DNA of 56,337 nucleotides from a virus (Duplodnaviria; Caudoviricetes). The DNA lies in IMG/VR virus record IMGVR_UViG_3300047308_000211, positions 1 through 56,337 of that record; one strand, given 5' to 3'. Position 1 is the stretch's first letter, and each line of letters begins with the position of its first letter. The notes below the pieces were generated by a model. The model made no database searches, was not told the origin of the DNA, and saw only the letters and a program-made list of their open reading frames with translations. This document shows, piece by piece, positions 49,408 through 56,337 of the stretch. Made by a program: the position numbers and the translations under genes.

Positions 49408-51489
49408 ATGACCCTAATTGTTCAAAAGACATTAGATCCAGAATTGGTAGTGCCTGTAGCCAACGGAGGCACAGGCACAATTACTCCAGGGCTTGTACAA
49501 GGTTCTAATATTACAATTACGGGTACTTGGCCAAATCAAATAATAACAGGTACAGGTAATATACAAGGTCCTACAGGTGCACAAGGTGCAACAGGTTCTC
49601 AAGGTATTCAAGGACCTACGGGGTCTACAGGGCCTACAGGAACAACAGGGTTAGGTTTTGCAATTGCAAAAATCTATGCTAGTGTTGCTGCATTAACTGC
49701 CGATACTTCTCCTACTGGAATTATAGCAGGACAGTTTGCAGTTATTGATACTGGTAATAGTAACAATCCAGAAGATGCAAAATTATACCTGTGGAATGGT
49801 TTAGTATATACTTATACAACAGATTTAAGTGGTGCTAGCGGCTTACAAGGCCCAACAGGTACTCAAGGTATTGTAGGCCCTACAGGACCTACAGGTGCTC
49901 AAGGAATTCAAGGTATTGTAGGCCCTACAGGACCTACAGGTGCTCAAGGAATTCAAGGTATTGTAGGTCCTACAGGACCTACAGGTGCTCAAGGAATTCA
50001 AGGACTTCAAGGCGTTGTAGGACCAACAGGTGCTCAAGGTTTAGTAGGAGCTGCCTCAACAGTAGCAGGCCCAACAGGTCCTACAGGAATTCAAGGTACT
50101 GTAGGCGCAACAGGTGCTCAAGGTATTCAAGGAATTCAAGGAATTCAAGGAATTCAAGGTATTGTAGGCCCAACAGGATCAAACGCTCTATGGAATTTTA
50201 CTGGTGCTTACAGCGGTGGGGCTGAATATGCAGTCGGCGATGTAGCAACATATAACGGACAGACTTGGTACCGTATCAACTCTAATGGCGGTAATGTTGG
50301 TGACACCCCCGTAGAAGGGGCACTCTGGAGACTCATTGCAGCAGCAGGTGCTACAGGCAATCAAGGTTTACAAGGTATTCAAGGTACTCAAGGTACTATA
50401 GGCCTAACAGGTGCTCAAGGTATTCAAGGTATTCAAGGTGTCAAAGGCGACACTGGTAATCAAGGTTTGCAAGGTATACAAGGTGTCAAAGGTGACACTG
50501 GTGATCAAGGTATTCAAGGTATACAAGGTATACAAGGTGTCAAAGGCGACACTGGCAATCAAGGTATTCAAGGTATTCAAGGCAACACAGGGCTCGGATT
50601 TGCAATTGCAAAAACATACTCTAGTGTAGCAGCACTAACGGCAGATACAGCACCAACAGGAATTATAGCAGGTCAGTTTGCTGTAATCAATACTGGTAAT
50701 GTAGAAAATCCAGAAGATTCTAGATTATATTTATGGAACGGTACAGTATACACCTATACAATTGATCTTAGCGGAGCTAGCGGTTTACAAGGACAAACAG
50801 GTCTACAAGGTACTCAAGGTATTCAAGGTATTCAAGGTATTCAAGGTGTAAAAGGCGACACTGGTGACCAAGGAATACAAGGTATCAAAGGCGACACTGG
50901 CAATCAAGGTATCCAAGGTATACAAGGTATCAAAGGCGACACTGGCAATCAAGGTATACAAGGTATCAAAGGCGACACTGGTATTCAAGGTATTCAAGGT
51001 ATTCAAGGTATTCAAGGTATTCAAGGTATTGAAGGTACTATTCCTAATACTAGTAATTTTGTTACTCTCACAGGCTTACAATCTGTATCCAACAAAACAA
51101 TTAAAACTTTTAAAGAAAACGTAGCTTTTGGCGATGATAGCAATTGGTCCCAAAGTAATATCAACTTTGATGTTCTTACCGCACCTGTTAAAATTTTTCG
51201 TACTCAAGCAACAAGTCTTTTTACTGTAAATGTGCGCGGTGATGCTGCAACTTCATTATGGAATACAGTTGGTGTTGGTGAATCTATAACAGTAAACTTT
51301 TTTGTTACAAATTTATATGGTACTAATTACTATCCTACTGCTTTCACAATCGATAACGTACCAATAACACCACAGTTTCAAGGTGGTTCCTCATTTACTG
51401 CTGGTAACCCTACTGATCTTTATGTATTATATATAGCTAGAAGTCCGCAAGGTTGGAGCATGTATGCTTCTCAAACAAAGTTTGGATAA
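49408..51489 (+). CDS. Collagen-like fibre protein
   Basis: Gly-X-Y tracts (GPT, GIQ, GDT); two GLGFAIAK...DLSGASG modules; globular C-terminus ending ASQTKFG. Confidence 0.85.
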   Translation: MTLIVQKTLDPELVVPVANGGTGTITPGLVQGSNITITGTWPNQIITGTGNIQGPTGAQGATGSQGIQGPTGSTGPTGTTGLGFAIAKIYASVAALTADTSPTGIIAGQFAVIDTGNSNNPEDAKLYLWNGLVYTYTTDLSGASGLQGPTGTQGIVGPTGPTGAQGIQGIVGPTGPTGAQGIQGIVGPTGPTGAQGIQGLQGVVGPTGAQGLVGAASTVAGPTGPTGIQGTVGATGAQGIQGIQGIQGIQGIVGPTGSNALWNFTGAYSGGAEYAVGDVATYNGQTWYRINSNGGNVGDTPVEGALWRLIAAAGATGNQGLQGIQGTQGTIGLTGAQGIQGIQGVKGDTGNQGLQGIQGVKGDTGDQGIQGIQGIQGVKGDTGNQGIQGIQGNTGLGFAIAKTYSSVAALTADTAPTGIIAGQFAVINTGNVENPEDSRLYLWNGTVYTYTIDLSGASGLQGQTGLQGTQGIQGIQGIQGVKGDTGDQGIQGIKGDTGNQGIQGIQGIKGDTGNQGIQGIKGDTGIQGIQGIQGIQGIQGIEGTIPNTSNFVTLTGLQSVSNKTIKTFKENVAFGDDSNWSQSNINFDVLTAPVKIFRTQATSLFTVNVRGDAATSLWNTVGVGESITVNFFVTNLYGTNYYPTAFTIDNVPITPQFQGGSSFTAGNPTDLYVLYIARSPQGWSMYASQTKFG

Positions 51490-51498
51490 GGATATATA

Positions 51499-53373
51499 AT
51501 GCCATTATCTCTTTCATCAGGTTTTAGTAAAGCACTTGGTTTTGCAAGTAGAATTCCAATACCTGCATCGGGCGCAGTATATAGTTTTGTTAATAGTCCT
51601 TTTGGTGCTAATAGTGTTTACAACCCTATGGTTCCCGTACCTCCTGTCTTACTAGAAACTAGTAATAACTTAAATGCCAGCACTTTTGTATTTTATGTAC
51701 ATGGTGCAGGTGCTGGAATTAGGCCACTGTATTGGACAATCAAACACATAACAACAACCGCAATGGATTTTAGTACTACTTCAGGTCTGTTTGACTCCAA
51801 CGGTTGGGGAATCTCATTTTATAATCCTGGATATTCTTGGTACAATAACCCATACGGAGACGAACTAGGTCGTTTTTCAATAGATATAATCCCCGAAAAT
51901 ATTACTGAAGGTACAGAAACTTTTCAAGTACAAATCCGAGAAGTTTCTTACAGTGGTCCTGTAGTACTTACAAGCCCCGTAATTAGTATAGCAGATACTA
52001 GCGCACCGCCAACGTTTAGTTTTGATACTGCATGGAATGACGCTATTACTCAAGGTGGTTTAAATGAAGGAACTACTTACGAATTTAGAGTTAATGGAAT
52101 TAATTTGTCAACTGGTGAAGAGTATCCAGTTATAGCACCTGATGGTCATTACACATACTATACTATTGACAATAAGCCAATTAATTATAACTATCCAGAT
52201 TCGCAATACTATACTAATGGTATTAATAAGTATGGAAATGCTGCTTTACCCGCAATGCATATATACGTTAAAAATGCAGAGTATTTTGATAATGTACTAC
52301 GACCAGGCTATGGCAATCCAACAAACACTACCAGAAAAGATACTTATGGCTCAGGAAAATTTTATATACTACCGCGCAATGATGGTATAGGCCCGACAAC
52401 TCACACAATACAGCTTAGAACTTCGATCATGAATGCAGACTATACAGGTGGTGCAACAATAGCAACGTATACATTTACGATTAATGGCCCTTATAACCCT
52501 GCTGGAAGAAAAGCTATTTTTGGATATGGGTATACTAATACTGATGTGTCAATGACCAATTTAGTAGCAAATACAGGTGTAGTTGCTAGTGACACTACTG
52601 GTGTTGGTACTGCTAGAAGTTTATTAGCGGCCGCAGGATATGGGACTGACAAAGCTATTTTTGGTTATGGGTATACTGCATTTGGCAGTACCTACTACTC
52701 AATGACTAACCTAGTAACAAATACAGGTGCAGTTGGTAATGATGTAACAGGTGTAGGTAGTGCTAGATATGGGTTAGCGGCCGCAGGATATGGGACTGAC
52801 AAAGCTATTTTTGGTTATGGGTATACAGCAGGCGGAATAACAAATTACACAAATCTTGTATCAAATACCGGTGTAGTTGCTAATGATGTTGCTAATATTG
52901 GCAATGCTAGATATGAGTTAGCAGCTGCAGTATATGGAACTGACAAAGCTATATTTGGATATGGATTTAGCGCATCTGGATATACAGCGGTAACTAATTT
53001 AGTATCAAATACAGGTGTTGTTTCTTATGAGACTTCAAGTATAGGTACTCCTAGAGCTGGACTAGCAGCTGCAGGATATGGAACTGACAAAGCTATCTTT
53101 GGTTATGGAAATGATGGATCTTATCTATCAATAACAAATCTTGTATCAAATACTGGCGTAGTTTCTACAGACAGCACAGGTGTTTACAGTACTGCTAGAA
53201 GGCGTTTGGCGGCTGCTGGATACGGAGCTGATAAAGCTATTTTTGGATATGGATATAATGGTGGATCACAACAATCAGTAACTAACCTTGTAAGTAATAC
53301 AGGTGTAATTGCTAGTGACACTACTGGTGTTGGTACTGCTAGATCACATCTTGCAGCTGCATCTTACGGTTAA
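51499..53373 (+). CDS. Putative adhesin with a six-repeat (kelch-like) beta-propeller C-terminus
   Basis: Six ~48-aa repeats KAIFGYG...TNLV.NTGVV......AR..LAAA.YG; one Calx-beta-like unit upstream. Confidence 0.7.
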   Translation: MPLSLSSGFSKALGFASRIPIPASGAVYSFVNSPFGANSVYNPMVPVPPVLLETSNNLNASTFVFYVHGAGAGIRPLYWTIKHITTTAMDFSTTSGLFDSNGWGISFYNPGYSWYNNPYGDELGRFSIDIIPENITEGTETFQVQIREVSYSGPVVLTSPVISIADTSAPPTFSFDTAWNDAITQGGLNEGTTYEFRVNGINLSTGEEYPVIAPDGHYTYYTIDNKPINYNYPDSQYYTNGINKYGNAALPAMHIYVKNAEYFDNVLRPGYGNPTNTTRKDTYGSGKFYILPRNDGIGPTTHTIQLRTSIMNADYTGGATIATYTFTINGPYNPAGRKAIFGYGYTNTDVSMTNLVANTGVVASDTTGVGTARSLLAAAGYGTDKAIFGYGYTAFGSTYYSMTNLVTNTGAVGNDVTGVGSARYGLAAAGYGTDKAIFGYGYTAGGITNYTNLVSNTGVVANDVANIGNARYELAAAVYGTDKAIFGYGFSASGYTAVTNLVSNTGVVSYETSSIGTPRAGLAAAGYGTDKAIFGYGNDGSYLSITNLVSNTGVVSTDSTGVYSTARRRLAAAGYGADKAIFGYGYNGGSQQSVTNLVSNTGVIASDTTGVGTARSHLAAASYG

Positions 53374-53392
53374 ATATAAAATAAGAATATAA

Positions 53393-54022
53393 ATGGCTTC
53401 AAATCTAAACTCAGAGTTCAATTACCGATATCAAGTTATTGGTAATACTCCATGGGAAAAAATCAAAACACTACAAGGGTTCTTAGTAGGTCGTAAACGA
53501 GCGGCCGTACTAGAAGCAGTAGCTGAACTAAAATATCAAGCTAAACTTGAAGAACTAAAACATCTAAAAACAGTTCCAGCACTACCACATATTATGCTTA
53601 ATTTACAAGCAGAAATTATTGAGGCAGAATCACACTTAGATGATCAAAAACATGCGTTTGAACTTAATCGTAAAGAGATTAACATATTAGAAAAACTTCT
53701 TGCTGAACTCTATGCCGAAGTTGAATCAACAAGACTTAATCATCCAGACGGTACACCATATACAGATGATGAAATGTTTGAAGCTAACGCTAATTATGAA
53801 TTTACAATAACCGTTGGTCGCGAACTACAATCTGAAATTATTGCTAATGGTAGACCTAGCCCAGCTAAATTACTAAATGCTATGAGCAACCCTCAGACAT
53901 TAGAAGCATTAATGCAGCTTGGTTTAGTTCCACAAAATACAGTATTATTAACTAATGAAGACGTTCTACCGTTAATTAGTAATACTCAGACTACTAAAAA
54001 TATAGGTAATAATAAAAAATGA
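53393..54022 (+). CDS. Hypothetical helical/coiled-coil protein
   Basis: 209-aa ORF with normal codon usage between the propeller and glycosyltransferase genes; ATGA overlap with the next gene. Confidence 0.7.
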   Translation: MASNLNSEFNYRYQVIGNTPWEKIKTLQGFLVGRKRAAVLEAVAELKYQAKLEELKHLKTVPALPHIMLNLQAEIIEAESHLDDQKHAFELNRKEINILEKLLAELYAEVESTRLNHPDGTPYTDDEMFEANANYEFTITVGRELQSEIIANGRPSPAKLLNAMSNPQTLEALMQLGLVPQNTVLLTNEDVLPLISNTQTTKNIGNNKK

Positions 54023-55065
54023 AAATAGCAGTTTACGCTATCAGTAAAAACGAAGAACAATTTGTTGAACGTTTTTGTAAATCCGCAATAGATGCTGATC
54101 TTATCTTAATTGCGGATACTGGCTCCACAGACAACACAGTTGCCGAAGCCAAAAAGTACGGTGCTGAGGTATACAATATTTCAGTTAAGCCTTGGCGATT
54201 TGACAAAGCGCGCGATACAGCACTAAATTTAATCCCTGGGGATTACGATGTGTGCATTTCGCTAGACTTAGACGAAGTCTTAGAGCCAGGTTGGCGAGAA
54301 GAAATTGAACGAGTCTGGACTGCACAAACAACTAGACTTCGTTATAAATTTGATTGGGGCCAGGGTATTAGCTTTTTCTATGAAAAGATTCATCATAGAA
54401 CAGGCTATCACTGGCATCACCCAGTTCACGAATATCCTCGCCCAGATAATCGCACAAAAGAAATATACGCTCAAACTGACATGTTGTTAGTTAGCCACCA
54501 TCCTGACAATACTAAGTCACGTGGTCAATATATGCCTCTTTTAGAATTAGCTATTGCAGAAGATCCGCACTGTCCTCGTAATGCATTTTATCACGCACGA
54601 GAGTTGACTTTTTACAGCAATTGGGATCAAGCTATAGTTTACCTAAATAAATATTTAGCAATGCCTGAGGCAACATGGGTAAATGAACGTTGTTATGCTT
54701 ATAGACTATTAGGTAAATGTTACTCGGAATTGGGTAACTGGGAAATGTCCATTAAGATGTTTCGCTTAGCAATTGCTGAAGCGCCTAATACTCGCGAACC
54801 TTGGGTAGGCCTTGCAGAAACGTGTTATAGACTTAATATGTGGCTAGATTGCTACTCTGCCTGTAAATCAGCACTAGCAATTAAAGATAAAGCACTAGTA
54901 TACACTATGGATCCTACTGTTTGGGCTGAAAAACCTTATGATTATGCTTCTATTGCAGCCTGGAATTTAGGTTTTAAAACAGAAGCTGTAGAATTTGTAA
55001 CAAAAGCACTAGAGTTTGCTCCTAGTGATGCACGCTTACTTAATAATCTTAAATTAATGGAATAA
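54019..55065 (+). CDS. GT2 glycosyltransferase with C-terminal TPR repeats
   Basis: KNEE...DTGSTD.T...FDKARD...LDLDE (DxD) motifs, W..PVHE, then helical TPR-like repeats. Confidence 0.9.
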   Translation: MKIAVYAISKNEEQFVERFCKSAIDADLILIADTGSTDNTVAEAKKYGAEVYNISVKPWRFDKARDTALNLIPGDYDVCISLDLDEVLEPGWREEIERVWTAQTTRLRYKFDWGQGISFFYEKIHHRTGYHWHHPVHEYPRPDNRTKEIYAQTDMLLVSHHPDNTKSRGQYMPLLELAIAEDPHCPRNAFYHARELTFYSNWDQAIVYLNKYLAMPEATWVNERCYAYRLLGKCYSELGNWEMSIKMFRLAIAEAPNTREPWVGLAETCYRLNMWLDCYSACKSALAIKDKALVYTMDPTVWAEKPYDYASIAAWNLGFKTEAVEFVTKALEFAPSDARLLNNLKLME

Positions 55066-55066
55066 T

Positions 55067-55483
55067 ATGTGGATACTACAATTTTTACCTAACTGGATAT
55101 TTTACTTACTACTTTTAATAGGAGTGGCAGCCCTTTTAGTTACGCATTTTGTTAAAGTATTGCCTAACGCGCAACTAATTAAATTAGCAAGTGTAGCCAC
55201 AGTAATTGTTAGTATTTATATGATAGGTGCTATAAGCAACAATGACGCATGGCTAGCTAAAATCAAAGATCTAGAGGTAAAAGTTGCTGAGGCAGAAGCT
55301 AAATCTGCAACTGCTAACACCGATATTGTAGAAAAAATTGTGACAAAAACTCAAGTTATAAAACAACGTGGTCAAGACATAGTTCGCTATGTAGATCGTG
55401 AAGTTGTTAAATACGATACAACTTGCGTAATTCCCAAAGAGTTTGTTGTCATACATAATAAAGCAGCAGAGGCACCAAAATGA
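55067..55483 (+). CDS. Inner-membrane spanin (Rz-like)
   Basis: N-terminal hydrophobic segments, coiled coil, C-terminal CVIP.EFV..HN.AA; next to a lipoprotein and the endolysin. Confidence 0.7.
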   Translation: MWILQFLPNWIFYLLLLIGVAALLVTHFVKVLPNAQLIKLASVATVIVSIYMIGAISNNDAWLAKIKDLEVKVAEAEAKSATANTDIVEKIVTKTQVIKQRGQDIVRYVDREVVKYDTTCVIPKEFVVIHNKAAEAPK

Positions 55484-55743
55484 AGTTATTAGTATTATCA
55501 TTAGTTTTACTACTTAGTGCTTGCACAACTGTTCCAGTTACAGCAAAGTTTCCACAAGCACCTGGTACATTAGTTCAGGAACCTTGTCCTAATTTGCAAA
55601 AATTGCAAGATCAGGCTAAGTTGTCTGATGTGGCAAAAACCTTAACGGTTAATTATACTGAGTACTATACTTGCGCTGTTAAGCTAGAAGCCTGGCAGCG
55701 TTGGTATCGTGAACAAAAAACCATCTATGAAAGCGTAAAATAA
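55480..55743 (+). CDS. Outer-membrane spanin lipoprotein (Rz1-like)
   Basis: Signal peptide with lipobox LSAC, Pro-rich segment, NY..Y..C. Confidence 0.8.
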   Translation: MKLLVLSLVLLLSACTTVPVTAKFPQAPGTLVQEPCPNLQKLQDQAKLSDVAKTLTVNYTEYYTCAVKLEAWQRWYREQKTIYESVK

Positions 55744-56336
55744 TGGAACTAACACTAGATCAGTTAAAGCAAATTGTTGATAAAAACCCACACATAGAGT
55801 ACTGGCACAAAGCTTTAGTACAGTTACTGCCACAATACGAAATCAATACCCCACAACGCATGGCGGCTTTTTTAGCACAATGCGCGCATGAATCGGGTGG
55901 TTTTCGTGCAATCAAAGAAAATTTAAACTATCGTGCAGTTACACTCCGCAAGATATTTCCCAAGTATTTTCCCACAGACGAAATGGCAGCACAATTTGCA
56001 AACAAGCCACAGATGATTGCAAATAAAGTATATTGCAACCGCATGGGTAATGGTGACGAGGCTAGTGGCGACGGTTATCGTTACTCAGGTCGCGGATTGA
56101 TTCAGCTAACAGGCAAAGACAATTATTTTTGGTTTGCTGCTTCAATAAATATAAGTCCTGAAGAAGCTTCTGAGTATATGGAAACTTTTGAAGGTGCAGC
56201 ACAAAGCGCCTGCTGGTTCTGGGAAACAAACAACTTAAATCAGTGGGCCGACAAAGACGATATCTTAACACTTACTAAACGTATCAATGGTGGCACCATC
56301 GGCCTAGAAGATCGCATAAAACATTATGAACATGCT
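55743..56336 (+). CDS. Endolysin, glycoside hydrolase family 19 (3'-truncated by window end)
   Basis: Translated from ATG 55743: MELTLDQLK...AAFLAQCAHESGGF..IKENLNY...GDGYRYSGRGLIQLTGKDNY...TKRINGGTIGLEDR. Absent from the ORF track because it lacks a stop in the window. Confidence 0.9.
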   Translation, partial: MELTLDQLKQIVDKNPHIEYWHKALVQLLPQYEINTPQRMAAFLAQCAHESGGFRAIKENLNYRAVTLRKIFPKYFPTDEMAAQFANKPQMIANKVYCNRMGNGDEASGDGYRYSGRGLIQLTGKDNYFWFAASINISPEEASEYMETFEGAAQSACWFWETNNLNQWADKDDILTLTKRINGGTIGLEDRIKHYEHA

Positions 56337-56337
56337 A

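Larger units (their letters stand above)
1..56337 (+). other. Tailed phage late region (siphovirus-type, T5-like head/tail module)
   Basis: Co-directional, tightly packed terminase, portal, capsid, tail, fibre and lysis genes; many TAATG/ATGA stop-start overlaps; no host housekeeping or integration genes in the window. Confidence 0.95.

Noticed and set aside
1-56337. Alternative genetic code, tRNA genes, integrase or IS elements
   Set aside because: Genes are full length in the standard code and intergenic gaps are short; no cloverleaf, recombinase or transposase motifs were seen.

Overview
This window is the virion morphogenesis, adhesin and lysis region of a large tailed phage; all credible genes lie on the + strand. 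From 0.1 to 15.4 kb the gene order and motifs are T5-like: terminase large subunit, HNH nicking endonuclease, portal, prohead protease fused in frame to the major capsid protein, head and tail completion proteins, tail terminator, major tail tube, tail chaperones joined by a -1 frameshift, and a pb2-like tape measure. The tail tip is instead lambdoid/DUF1833-like, with an NlpC/P60 domain fused to the central tip protein. About 32 kb (21-53 kb) encodes a large modular set of fibre and adhesin proteins: collagen-like, Mtd-N-like, Gly-rich, Ig-like, C-lectin-like and beta-propeller. A GT2-TPR glycosyltransferase, two spanins and a truncated GH19 endolysin follow; the spanins indicate a Gram-negative host. 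Auxiliary genes with an iron/heme theme sit among the structural genes: Dps at the head of the capsid operon, two 2OG-Fe(II) oxygenases, and heme oxygenase plus a PcyX-like bilin reductase. The most notable candidate systems are a chained or branched multi-subunit fibre built from recurring terminal motifs, a phage-encoded collagen modification set, and the heme-to-bilin cassette. No tRNA, rRNA, CRISPR array, integrase or IS element was seen. All family calls come from motif recognition by eye, not database searches.
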